DNA of 32,000 nucleotides from Thermodesulfobacteriota bacterium (GTDB taxonomy: Bacteria; Desulfobacterota; WTBG01; JAGOGO01), in assembly GCA_026625185.1 (NCBI GenBank), contig CP113000.1, forward strand, positions 1,755,622-1,787,621, written 5' to 3'. The translations under genes and the position numbers were made by a program. Under the pieces are notes generated by a model that saw nothing but the letters and a program-made list of their open reading frames with translations, did no database searches and was not told where the DNA came from. Positions within the stretch are counted from its first letter, which is position 1. The number at the start of each line of letters is the position of its first letter. Shown piece by piece: positions 1 through 8,716 of this stretch.

Positions 1-1
1 T

Positions 2-814
2 TCTTCTCTTCGGATTGCTTTTGAACTGGTGCGGCAGAATGAAGCTCAGGCGTTAATGAGCGCGGGAAATTCCGGAGCAGTGGTTTACGGAGCCCTTTTT
101 GTTCTCAAACGGATCAAAAATATCAGCCGCCCTGGTATTGCTACTCTTATGCCCAGTTTAAAGGGGAGGGTAATGGTCATTGACGCCGGAGCGAATACTC
201 TTTGCCGGCCTCAAAATTTGGCTCAATTTGCGCTTATGGGCTCAGTTTATTTTCAAAATGTTTTCGGCATTCTTGATCCGAAAGTCGGGGTTTTAAGCAA
301 CGGCGAGGAGGAAACCAAAGGGACTGACCTAACCCGGGAGGCAAATGAACTTCTCAAAAAGAGCACCCTTAACTATATCGGGTACGCGGAAGGCAAGGAT
401 GTTTTTGCGGGGGACGTTGATATCGTCGTGTGCGATGGTTTTGTCGGCAATGTGCTTCTTAAGGTAGCTGAGGGGATGGCCGAAAGCTTGATAGCAAGTT
501 TGCGCGGGGAGATCCAAGGACGATTTTTTTCCCGCATTGGTTACCTTTTTGCTAAAAAATCATTTGCTAACTTCAAAAAGCGGGTTGATTACGCGGAGTA
601 TGGTGGCGCCCCTTTGCTGGGGGTGGACAAACCCGTCATTATTGCTCACGGCAAATCAAATGACCGGGCAGTAATGAACGCTATTCGTGTTGCCCATGAC
701 TATGTTGAAAAAAATATTGTTGGGAAGCTGATCGAAGAGGTCGAATGTGATGAGACACAACACGGACTTAAAAAAAAGCATCCTTTTTTAGACAGAATTC
801 TTCATCCTGGTTAA
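2..814 (+). CDS. plsX: Phosphate acyltransferase PlsX, C-terminal about 270 aa (5' end lies outside the window)
   Basis: The reading frame is open from nt 2, so the GTG at 29 in the ORF track is internal. PlsX-type strings are present: LMSAGNSGA, VIDAGAN, VVCDGFVGNVLLK, GGAPLLGVDKPVIIAHGKS. Confidence 0.9.
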   Translation, partial: SSLRIAFELVRQNEAQALMSAGNSGAVVYGALFVLKRIKNISRPGIATLMPSLKGRVMVIDAGANTLCRPQNLAQFALMGSVYFQNVFGILDPKVGVLSNGEEETKGTDLTREANELLKKSTLNYIGYAEGKDVFAGDVDIVVCDGFVGNVLLKVAEGMAESLIASLRGEIQGRFFSRIGYLFAKKSFANFKKRVDYAEYGGAPLLGVDKPVIIAHGKSNDRAVMNAIRVAHDYVEKNIVGKLIEEVECDETQHGLKKKHPFLDRILHPG

Positions 815-950
815 AAAATCAAGCTGTAAAAAAACTAGTGTTTAGAGTGGCTATCTGCCTTTCCTATATAACCTTCCCAATTTTTTATTAAATCATTGAT
901 TTCTTCGCGGCATTCCTGCAGTATAGCGAAGATTTCGGTTGAACGAGCAA

Positions 951-1316
951 TAAGAACTTATCCGTAAATAATTTATGGCAATGATTAAGGGATTTTGGTA
1001 TTATGACCATGGGTGATATAAAATCATGGACAAGGTCCGACAAACTTTGGAAACGGGTCGAGCCGCTGATTCCAAAAAGAAAGCCTCCGAGGAAGCAAAT
1101 CCGACGGATCGGGGGAAAAAAAAGGGAGCAAGAAAAGAGATCCTCGCTACCGTGCTCGCGGATGGGTGGTTGAGCGAACCCATTCCTGGCTGAATCGGTT
1201 CCGGAACTTGTTGGTTCGCTTTGAAAAAACAACTGCCGCTTACGAGGGCTTATTGGAATTAGCATCTGCCTTAATTGCTTTTCGTCAAATGATTGTTATT
1301 TACGGATAAGTTCTTA
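951..1316 (+). mobile_element. Internally deleted, MITE-like remnant of an IS5-family insertion sequence
   Basis: Perfect 21-bp terminal inverted repeats: TAAGAACTTATCCGTAAATAA at 951-971 and its reverse complement at 1296-1316. Alternatively this is a 19-bp IR flanked by TA/TA. Inside, one + strand frame reads ..SDKLWKRVEPLIPKR.. (IS5-type N-terminus). Another frame reads YRARGWVVERTHSWLNRFRNLLVRFEK...IAFRQ (IS5-type C-terminus), with its stop inside the right IR. The catalytic core is missing, and an A8 run lies at about 1126-1133. Confidence 0.75.
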
Positions 1317-1466
1317 ACTATTTACTGTTTTGAGGTGTTAACCGAAGGCTGGTGGGCACTACCGAGAGATGAGAGAAGGCGCGAAGGTTAACCCACAGGC
1401 AGTGACAGGCAAAATCCCTTCCAATGAGGGGGGGAATCACTATTGTTAGAGAATCAGGAGGAATAC

Positions 1467-2255
1467 ATGAACATCATTGTCTGCGTAAAACGAGTTCCCG
1501 AGACTTCTGAAGCGGAGATCACGATTGATAAATCGGGAAAAGATATTCACACCGAAGACCTGGTTTTTGATATTAACGAGTGGGATAACTATGCGGTGGA
1601 AGAGGCGGTAAGGATCAGGGAGAAAGAGGGCGGCACCATCACCGTGGTCACCTTAGGGTCCCAGGAGTCCCAGGATACCCTTAGACGCGCACTGGCTATG
1701 GGGGCAGACGGCGCAATTCATCTTAATGACCCCTCGTTTTTGGGAGGAGATCCCTATGCTACCGCCCAGGCATTGCAGGCGGCATTAAAAGGGAAACTAT
1801 TTGATTTGCTTTTAACCGGTGTCCAGGCCGGTGACGATGGATATGCTCAAACAGGCCCAATCCTGGCAGAACTGCTCAATATTCCCCACGCTACTATGGT
1901 AACCAAAGTGGATATTGATGGCAAGAAGGCCCGTATCCACCGAGAGCTGGAAGGTGGGCTGGAAGAAGTCTGTGAAATTGAACTCCCCGCCCTACTTACC
2001 ATTCAAACCGGCATCAATGAACCCCGGTATGTCTCTATCATGGGAATCCGTAAGGCGAAGCAGAAAGAGATCCGGGAAGTATTAATAAAAGACCTCGGCC
2101 TTTCACCGGAACAGGTGAGCGCCGCCGGCTCTTTAACTGAGTTGAAAGAATTGTTTCTGCCGCCAACCTGTAAGGTCGCAGAAATTTTTAAAGGAAGCCC
2201 TGATGATGTTTCAATAAAAGTAATCGATATCTTGAAAGAAAAAGGAGGGCTATAA
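1467..2255 (+). CDS. etfB: Electron transfer flavoprotein, beta subunit
   Basis: ATG at 1467 is preceded by AGGAGG (1456-1461), so the ORF-track start at 1443 is probably too early. The N-terminus MNIIVCVKRVPE and the string NEWDNYAVEEAVRI are typical of EtfB. The gene lies 1 nt upstream of etfA. Confidence 0.9.
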   Translation: MNIIVCVKRVPETSEAEITIDKSGKDIHTEDLVFDINEWDNYAVEEAVRIREKEGGTITVVTLGSQESQDTLRRALAMGADGAIHLNDPSFLGGDPYATAQALQAALKGKLFDLLLTGVQAGDDGYAQTGPILAELLNIPHATMVTKVDIDGKKARIHRELEGGLEEVCEIELPALLTIQTGINEPRYVSIMGIRKAKQKEIREVLIKDLGLSPEQVSAAGSLTELKELFLPPTCKVAEIFKGSPDDVSIKVIDILKEKGGL

Positions 2256-2256
2256 A

Positions 2257-3237
2257 ATGAGCGGAATCTGGGTCTTAATCGAACATCGACGAGGAGAAAT
2301 CCGTGAAATAAGTTATGAAATGTTAGGCAAAGGCCGAATGGTGGCTGAAAAATTAAAGCAAGAGCTCAGTGCCGTCATCTTAGCTTCGGATGCCAAGGCA
2401 TATGTTGACAAGATAAAGAAATACGCTTCCAGGATACTGACCATTGAGGATAAGCAGTTAGAACACTACAACGCGCTTTCCTATCAAGCAGTACTAAGCG
2501 CTCTTGCGAGAGAAAAAGCTCCCACGCTGTTACTCATGGGCCACACCTCGTATGGGATGGATTTAGCTCCCCGGCTTTCAGCCGCCCTTAAATGGCCATT
2601 GGCTACCGACTCCGTTGAAGTAGAAGTAAGCGAAGGAAACATTGAAGCGATCCGAAAAATGTATTCGGACAAAGTTAATGCTCGCATTGGATTCCGGGGA
2701 GCAAAGAACTGTCTGGTCTCTGTTCGCCCTGGTTCTTTCCCGGCTGAAATAGATGCCGCTTACGAAGGTGAGGTCATTTCCGTTACTTCTTCTTTAACCA
2801 CGGAGATACAGGCGCGGAAGTTTATTGAGTTTGTTGAGGCAGCAACCGGAGCGGTTGATATTACTCAGGCCGACATCCTGGTTTCCGTGGGACGGGGTAT
2901 CGGGGATGCGGAGAACATTCCTTTAGCCGAAGCTTTGGCTCAGGCGTTAGGAGCAACCTTATCCTGTTCTCGCCCGGTGGTTGACAAAAAGTGGCTCCCG
3001 AAAGAACGGCAGGTCGGCACCTCCGGAAAAACCGTAAAGCCCAAGGTTTACATTGCATTAGGAATAAGTGGCGCGTTTCAGCATGTGGCGGGAATGAAAA
3101 ACTCCGGTGCCATCATTGCGGTCAATAAAGACCCTAAAGCCCCCATATTCAATGTTGCTCAGTACGGAATCGTCGATGACCTCTTAAAAGTATTGCCGGT
3201 ACTCACTGAAAAGGTGAAGGCATTGAGAGCAGCGTAG
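2257..3237 (+). CDS. etfA: Electron transfer flavoprotein, alpha subunit
   Basis: 326 aa. The C-terminal FAD-binding signature PKVYIALGISGAFQHVAGM is present. The gene is tightly coupled to etfB. Confidence 0.9.
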   Translation: MSGIWVLIEHRRGEIREISYEMLGKGRMVAEKLKQELSAVILASDAKAYVDKIKKYASRILTIEDKQLEHYNALSYQAVLSALAREKAPTLLLMGHTSYGMDLAPRLSAALKWPLATDSVEVEVSEGNIEAIRKMYSDKVNARIGFRGAKNCLVSVRPGSFPAEIDAAYEGEVISVTSSLTTEIQARKFIEFVEAATGAVDITQADILVSVGRGIGDAENIPLAEALAQALGATLSCSRPVVDKKWLPKERQVGTSGKTVKPKVYIALGISGAFQHVAGMKNSGAIIAVNKDPKAPIFNVAQYGIVDDLLKVLPVLTEKVKALRAA

Positions 3238-3387
3238 CAGGCTTCGCTTCACGTTATTTTGCTCAGTGCACTGTAACTGAACCAAAGGACTATCTTATTT
3301 TACAAAATGATCGAGGAAAACAGGTAACATGGAAGGTCCGATTATACTGATGTGTAACCTTGGCCGGCTGCAGGGAGAGGAGAAATA

Positions 3388-3528
3388 ATGGAAAAGTTTA
3401 AGCTTTCGGTGCACCACTCCCGTAATCCTTTGCACCTTTACTGTCACTTGGTGGAAGCAGGGACGGAAAGACGGGTTGGGCTTTTGCTCAGTCGCTTCTA
3501 TGAAAAAACAGTGTTTAGGATTATATGA
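3388..3528 (+). CDS. Hypothetical 46-aa ORF in the long leader upstream of the carboxyltransferase genes
   Basis: Not in the ORF track because it is under 60 aa. ATG at 3388 is preceded by GGAGAGGAG. Product: MEKFKLSVHHSRNPLHLYCHLVEAGTERRVGLLLSRFYEKTVFRII. I recognise no family. Confidence 0.2.
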   Translation: MEKFKLSVHHSRNPLHLYCHLVEAGTERRVGLLLSRFYEKTVFRII

Positions 3529-3689
3529 CCCTTTTTATTTTGATGTATAGTCGCCTACCTGTTTACTATAAAATTAAGGTTACTTTTGTGGTACTGTTGG
3601 AGCTTTCCGAAGATATTAAAAAATAATCTCTCAACCATGATGCACTATTGATTCTACACGAAAAGAAAGGAAGACAGGAGGTAATGAAA

Positions 3690-5243
3690 ATGGGTAAAAA
3701 ACCGCAGAAACTTAAAGAGTTAGAGGAACGAGAAGCTCGAGTGCGCGCTATGGGTGGGGAGAAAGAGATCCGGAAGCAACATGTGTCAGGGAAGCTTACT
3801 GCGCGGGAAAGATTAGGGCTTTTGTTTGACTCGGGGACGTTTCAGGAGATTGACCTTTTTGTTCGCCATCGGTGCACTAATTTCGGGTTGGAGGACATAG
3901 AGATTCTTGCGGATGGAGTGATCACCGGGTTTGGCAAAGTAGGTGGGCGGACAGTTTTTGCGTTTTCTCAGGATTTCACCTGCCGGGCGGGTACACTGGG
4001 AGAAATGCATGCCCAGAAAATTTGTAAAGTAATGGACCTTGCTTTGAAAACCGGCGCTCCGATCGTTGGATTCAATGATTCTGGCGGCGCTCGCATTCAG
4101 GAAGGGGTGGACTCACTCGCAGGCTATGGCAATATTTTTTTTAGAAACTCTTGCGCTTCAGGAGTTATCCCCCAAATTTCAGCGATTATGGGACCCACTG
4201 CCGGAGGAGCGGTCTATTCTCCAGCCATGACTGACTGGGTTTTTATGACCAAAAAAAGCAGTTACATGTTTATCACCGGCCCGGATGTGATCAAGTCGGT
4301 CACCGGCGAGGGGATAGACTTTGAAAGTTTGGGCGGGGCCATGACTCACAACACTAAAAGCGGAGTTGCTCATTTTGCCAGCGAAAACGATGCCGAATCA
4401 ATTGAAAAAATAAAAGCGCTCCTAAGTTATCTCCCCTCCAACAATAGTGAAACCACTCCCCTCATTGATACGGGAGATGATCCGGAACGGATGGATAAAC
4501 ATCTTGACACACTGGCGCCGGAAAATTCCCGAAAACTGTATGATATAAAGAAGGTGATTCATTCAATTGTTGATAACGGTGAGATTTTAGAACCTCACGA
4601 GCACTATGCAAAAAATATGGTTATCTGTTTTGCGCGTATGGCTGGCCAGGCTGTGGGTATTATTGCCAACCAGCCAAGGTATTTGGCTGGTTGTCTCGAC
4701 GTTGAAGCTTCCGACAAAGCAACCCGGTTTATCCGGTTTTGCGACGCATTCAATATACCCCTTATCACCATTGCGGATAATCCTGGTTATTTACCGGGAA
4801 AAGAACAGGAATGGAAGGGAATCATCCGGCACGGGGCGAAGCTTTTGTGGTGTTACTCCGAAGCTACCGTGCCAAAGATAACTCTCGTAACCCGTAAAGA
4901 TTACGGGGGCGCCTACATTGCCATGTGCAGTCGTCATTTAGGGGCTGACCTCGTGCTTGCCTGGCCAACAGCGGAGATTGGGGTTATGGGGGCAGAAGGG
5001 GCAGCGAATATCATATTTCGTAAAGAGATTCAATCCGCGTCTGACCCAAAAACCAAGCGGGAGGAAAAAATCCAGGAGTACCGTGAACTTTTTTCTAATC
5101 CTTATGTTGCGGCATCGAGAGGGTATGTGGATGCCATTATCCCCCCCCGGGAGACGCGTCCCAGGATCATTCGGGCTTTAGAGATGCTTAAAACGAAGAA
5201 AGAAAGTCGGCCTTGGAAAAAACACGGCAATATCCCCGTCTAA
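3690..5243 (+). CDS. Acyl-CoA carboxyltransferase, 12S/beta type (methylmalonyl-CoA carboxyltransferase 12S / propionyl-CoA carboxylase beta / MmdA-like)
   Basis: AGGAGG at 3676-3681 is best spaced for ATG 3690; ATG 3684 and the track start 3648 fit less well. Carboxyl-transferase strings are present: FNDSGGARIQEG, GPTAGGAVYSPAMTD, TRKDYGGAYIAM. Confidence 0.9.
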   Translation: MGKKPQKLKELEEREARVRAMGGEKEIRKQHVSGKLTARERLGLLFDSGTFQEIDLFVRHRCTNFGLEDIEILADGVITGFGKVGGRTVFAFSQDFTCRAGTLGEMHAQKICKVMDLALKTGAPIVGFNDSGGARIQEGVDSLAGYGNIFFRNSCASGVIPQISAIMGPTAGGAVYSPAMTDWVFMTKKSSYMFITGPDVIKSVTGEGIDFESLGGAMTHNTKSGVAHFASENDAESIEKIKALLSYLPSNNSETTPLIDTGDDPERMDKHLDTLAPENSRKLYDIKKVIHSIVDNGEILEPHEHYAKNMVICFARMAGQAVGIIANQPRYLAGCLDVEASDKATRFIRFCDAFNIPLITIADNPGYLPGKEQEWKGIIRHGAKLLWCYSEATVPKITLVTRKDYGGAYIAMCSRHLGADLVLAWPTAEIGVMGAEGAANIIFRKEIQSASDPKTKREEKIQEYRELFSNPYVAASRGYVDAIIPPRETRPRIIRALEMLKTKKESRPWKKHGNIPV

Positions 5244-5281
5244 TGTAATTAAATTCAAAAGAAAGGAGTATGATGTAAGTC

Positions 5282-6781
5282 ATGGGAAAACAACAAGAAA
5301 CAACTACCAAGAAACAGGTTAAAGTCACTGACACCACTTTTCGTGATGGGCATCAGTCTTTATTAGCCACTCGAATGCGGACAGAAGATATGCTTCCGAT
5401 TGCCGAGGAGATGGATTCCTTGGGATTTCACTCTATGGAAGTGTGGGGGGGCGCAACCTTTGATGTAACCACGCGTTTTTTGAACGAGGACCCCTGGGAA
5501 AGACTTCGAACATTGAAAAAGATGCTTCCTAAGACGCCCTTGCAGATGCTTTTACGGGGCCAAAATCTGGTGGGCTACCGGAACTACGCTGATGATGTGG
5601 TCAGAGAGTTTGTTTTGCATTCTGCTGAGTGTGGCATGGATATTTTCCGGGTATTTGATGCGTTGAACGACGAGAGGAATTTCGAGTCAGCTTTTAAGGC
5701 GATCAAAGAGGCCGGTAAGCACTTTCAGGCTACCATTTGCTATTCTCTTACGGAAAGAACGTTGGGGGGGCCGGTTTTTAACATCGAATATTTTGTGAAC
5801 AAAGCGAAAGTTATGGAAGGGATGGGCGCTGACTCTCTGTGTGTAAAAGATATGGCGGGATTGATTGCTCCCTATGATGCCTATAATTTGATAAAAGCCC
5901 TCAAGGAAAATCTTAAGATCCCCATCCAGATACATACCCATTATACTAGTGGGATGGCTTCCATGACCTATCTTAAGGCGATTGAAGCTGGGGTGGATGT
6001 CGTCGATTGTTCTTTAGCTCCCTTTGCTTTGAGGTCTTCTCAACCAGCGCTGGAACCACTTATTGTTACTCTCGAAGGCACCCCCTATGATGTTGGGATA
6101 GATCTCAACAAGGCACTCAAGATCGGCGAATACATTGAAACGATTGCTCCCAAATATCGTCATTACTTAGATAATACTAAAATGTCCGTGATTGATACCA
6201 ATGTGCTCCTCCACCAGATACCTGGAGGGATGATCAGCAATTTGGTAAGCCAGCTAAGAGACGCCAAAGCGCTCCATCGTATTAACGAAGTTTATAAAGA
6301 ACTGCCTATTACCCGACGCGAACTGGGTTTTCCGCCTTTAGTAACACCTACCAGCCAGATTGTAGGCGTGCAGGCGGTATTCAATGTTTTAATGGGTCGA
6401 TATAAGATGATCGCTAAAGAAGTGAAAGATTTATGTTACGGTCTTTATGGCAAAACACCCCAGCCTATCGATCCGGAGGTACAGAAGAAGGCATTGAAGG
6501 GATACCCTCGAGGAACTGAGCCTATCACCTGTAGAGCCGCTGATGTGTTAGAGCCTGAGATGGAAAATGCGAAAGAAGCCACGAAGGATATTGCTAAGGA
6601 TATTGGCGATGTTCTTACCTATGCCCTCTATCCCCAGACCGGAATGCAATTTTTAAAATGGAAGTACCGTTTGGAGCAGCCCCCCGCGGCGGTGAGGCCC
6701 AAAACGTTAGAAGAAGTTATAAGAGAAGACGAGCTTATTCGCAAGGCTTTAGCTGGAGAACTTATAGAAAAGTCAGCTTAG
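5282..6781 (+). CDS. Carboxyltransferase 5S-type subunit (oxaloacetate decarboxylase alpha / pyruvate carboxylase B-like TIM barrel) without a biotinyl domain
   Basis: Strings TDTTFRDGHQSLLATRM and IQIHTHYTSGMA are typical of HMGL-like pyruvate carboxyltransferase domains. The 499-aa product ends ...AGELIEKSA with no C-terminal (A/V)MKM biotinyl module. Confidence 0.85.
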   Translation: MGKQQETTTKKQVKVTDTTFRDGHQSLLATRMRTEDMLPIAEEMDSLGFHSMEVWGGATFDVTTRFLNEDPWERLRTLKKMLPKTPLQMLLRGQNLVGYRNYADDVVREFVLHSAECGMDIFRVFDALNDERNFESAFKAIKEAGKHFQATICYSLTERTLGGPVFNIEYFVNKAKVMEGMGADSLCVKDMAGLIAPYDAYNLIKALKENLKIPIQIHTHYTSGMASMTYLKAIEAGVDVVDCSLAPFALRSSQPALEPLIVTLEGTPYDVGIDLNKALKIGEYIETIAPKYRHYLDNTKMSVIDTNVLLHQIPGGMISNLVSQLRDAKALHRINEVYKELPITRRELGFPPLVTPTSQIVGVQAVFNVLMGRYKMIAKEVKDLCYGLYGKTPQPIDPEVQKKALKGYPRGTEPITCRAADVLEPEMENAKEATKDIAKDIGDVLTYALYPQTGMQFLKWKYRLEQPPAAVRPKTLEEVIREDELIRKALAGELIEKSA

Positions 6782-6870
6782 AAAAGTGTCGACGATAACC
6801 ATTTAAGTAATGGTATAAAAATTGGTTTTTCAAATAATCACGATTTTTTTAAAAAAAGAGGATTGTTTTT

Positions 6871-7710
6871 GTGCGTTCTATTCCTTTTGAAACCGTAAAA
6901 GGAAAGATTAAAGAGGCGTGTATCGAAGCCAACTATATCTTGGGTGAAGATGTCTTAGGAGGGTTTCGTCGGGCACTGGGCGAAGAAGATTCCCCTATCG
7001 GGAAGGAAGTGTTAAATCAGCTCATCGAAAATGCTCGAATAGCCCGGGAAGAAAGAATCCCCCTGTGTCAGGATACCGGGTTGGCGGTATTTTTTGTTGA
7101 AGTAGGGGATGCAGTAACTATTGAGGGTGGCCGATTATCCGAAGCGATCAACGAAGGGGTAAGGGAGGGCTACCGTGATGGTTTTCTTCGAAAGTCTGCC
7201 TGTCACCCTTTTTCCCGTAAAAATACCGGTGATAATACCCCGGCAATTATTTACTATGAACTTGTTCCCGGAGACCGGTTGACAATAACTTTTTGCGCCA
7301 AAGGGGGTGGAAGCGAAAATATGAGTCGGGCGACAATGCTCAAGCCTTCGGATGGACTTGCTGGGGTAGAGGATTTTGTCGTTAATCGGGTTTGGGAAGC
7401 ACAGGCGAATCCTTGCCCCCCGATAATTGTGGGAGTGGGAATCGGAGGGACCATGGAAAGAGCCGCGCTTCTTGCCAAGAAGAGTCTTTTAAGACCACTT
7501 GGTCAAGAAAACCCGGATCCGGAATTAGTGGATATCGAAAAAAGGCTTTTAAAAAAAATAAATTGCCTGGGGATTGGACCGGCAGGTTTAGGTGGAAGGA
7601 CTACTGCTCTTGCAGTTCATATAATTTTGGAACCCTGTCATATTGCCAGTCTCCCCGTGGCGGTAAATCTTAACTGTCATTCCAGTCGACATGGAGAAAT
7701 TCTCCTTTAG
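6871..7710 (+). CDS. Class I (Fe-S) fumarate hydratase / tartrate dehydratase, alpha subunit
   Basis: GTG start with AGAGGA about 8 nt upstream. Signatures PLCQDTGLAVFFVEVG and FCAKGGGSENMS are present. Confidence 0.85.
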   Translation: MRSIPFETVKGKIKEACIEANYILGEDVLGGFRRALGEEDSPIGKEVLNQLIENARIAREERIPLCQDTGLAVFFVEVGDAVTIEGGRLSEAINEGVREGYRDGFLRKSACHPFSRKNTGDNTPAIIYYELVPGDRLTITFCAKGGGSENMSRATMLKPSDGLAGVEDFVVNRVWEAQANPCPPIIVGVGIGGTMERAALLAKKSLLRPLGQENPDPELVDIEKRLLKKINCLGIGPAGLGGRTTALAVHIILEPCHIASLPVAVNLNCHSSRHGEILL

Positions 7711-7731
7711 TAGGAATAGGAAAATGAAAAA

Positions 7732-8289
7732 ATGATAAATAAAATTCATCTTACGCCTCCTCTGGAGAGAGAAAAGCTGGAAACACTGACGATAGGGGAC
7801 AATATCCTTATTTCCGGAGTTATTTATACGGCTCGGGATACCGCACATAAACGATTAGTAGAATTTCTGGATAAGGGAAAGCCACTTCCTTTTGATATTT
7901 CCGGGCAAATAATTTATTACGTTGGACCGACCCCGGCTCGGCCGGGGCGGCCGATTGGGTCAGCTGGTCCCACCACAAGTTGCCGGATGGATGCTTATGC
8001 TCCTCGACTCATGGAGGCCGGCATGAGAGGGATGATTGGCAAAGGTCCTCGTTCCCCAGAAGTAATTGACTCGATGAAAAAATGGGGGTGTGTTTACTTC
8101 GGGGCTACTGGCGGAGCGGGAGCACTTCTTTCCTTGCCCATTAAAAAAGCTGAAATTATTGCTTTTGAAGATTTAGGACCAGAAGCAGTTAGAAGACTGG
8201 AAGTTAAAGATTTCCCAGTCGTTATTCTAAATGATGTCCGAGGAAATGATTTATACAAGGATAACGTAGAAAAATATAAGAGAAAATAG
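7732..8289 (+). CDS. Class I (Fe-S) fumarate hydratase / tartrate dehydratase, beta subunit
   Basis: 185 aa, with GPTTSCRMDAY and GKGPRS motifs. The gene lies 21 nt downstream of the alpha subunit. Confidence 0.85.
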   Translation: MINKIHLTPPLEREKLETLTIGDNILISGVIYTARDTAHKRLVEFLDKGKPLPFDISGQIIYYVGPTPARPGRPIGSAGPTTSCRMDAYAPRLMEAGMRGMIGKGPRSPEVIDSMKKWGCVYFGATGGAGALLSLPIKKAEIIAFEDLGPEAVRRLEVKDFPVVILNDVRGNDLYKDNVEKYKRK

Positions 8290-8291
8290 CC

Positions 8292-8467
8292 ATGGGGAAA
8301 TAGGGTACAAGGACAGTATTGAGATAGTTACGCATGAGGTTTTGATTTTTGGCGCAGGGATCGCTGGTCTTCGGGCCGCCATTGAAATATCTCAACAATT
8401 CAAAGAGTCAGTAAGTATCGGGATTGTATCCAACGTACAGATTCTTGCACTTTTTCACACGGGGTAA
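8292..8467 (+). pseudogene. N-terminal stump of a fumarate reductase / succinate dehydrogenase flavoprotein (FrdA/SdhA-like)
   Basis: The frame reads MGK*GYKDSIEIVTHEVLIFGAGIAGLRAAIEISQQFKESVSIGIVSNVQILALFHTG*. The core HEVLIFGAGIAGLRAAIE...IGIVS is the FAD-binding dinucleotide fold that opens FrdA/SdhA proteins. An in-frame TAG is codon 4, and homology is lost after about 45 codons, where a repeat element begins. Confidence 0.6.
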
Positions 8468-8531
8468 ATCCCATTAGAAAATTTTCTAACGGAATGAATG
8501 CCCGGTGTGAAAGCTTTCTAACGGGGTTAAG
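8451..8531. repeat. Dispersed intergenic repeat, composite copy A (inverted halves)
   Basis: TTTTTCACACGGGGTAAA (8451-8468), CCCATTAGAAA (8470-8480), TTTTCTAACGG (8483-8492) and GTGTGAAAGCTTTCTAACGGGGTTAAG (8505-8531). The same words recur at 14180-14213 and 22422-22528. Confidence 0.55.
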
Positions 8532-8716
8532 TAAAATTTGAGGGATGTAAAAAAAACGACAAAGAATGATTAAGAAGTAAGGGCTGTTATGGCCGGATTT
8601 GGAAGAAACGCGCTTATTAGTTAACGATCACCACAATTTTAGGATAAAAGTTGCACCGGAGTGCAATTGCGGACCATTTTAGGCGAAATGGCATTTTTCC
8701 AAAGGAGGCGTGTAAG

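Noticed and set aside
888-1265. ORFs 888-1265 and 1001-1183 on the - strand
   Set aside because: They run antisense to the IS5-type remnant, whose + strand frames carry recognisable transposase termini. The products are low-complexity and have no RBS.
1443-1466. Longer N-terminal extensions given by the ORF track (1443, 3648, 8651, 10144, 13645, 15560, 17411, 27190)
   Set aside because: In each case an internal ATG has a better-spaced Shine-Dalgarno sequence, matches the conserved family N-terminus, or avoids overlap with the upstream gene. Several track starts are non-ATG codons.
8301-8303. In-frame TAG in the frdA/sdhA-like frame as programmed recoding or readthrough
   Set aside because: The similarity ends about 45 codons later, and no remaining 500+ aa of the flavoprotein follow. 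Truncation plus decay is far simpler.
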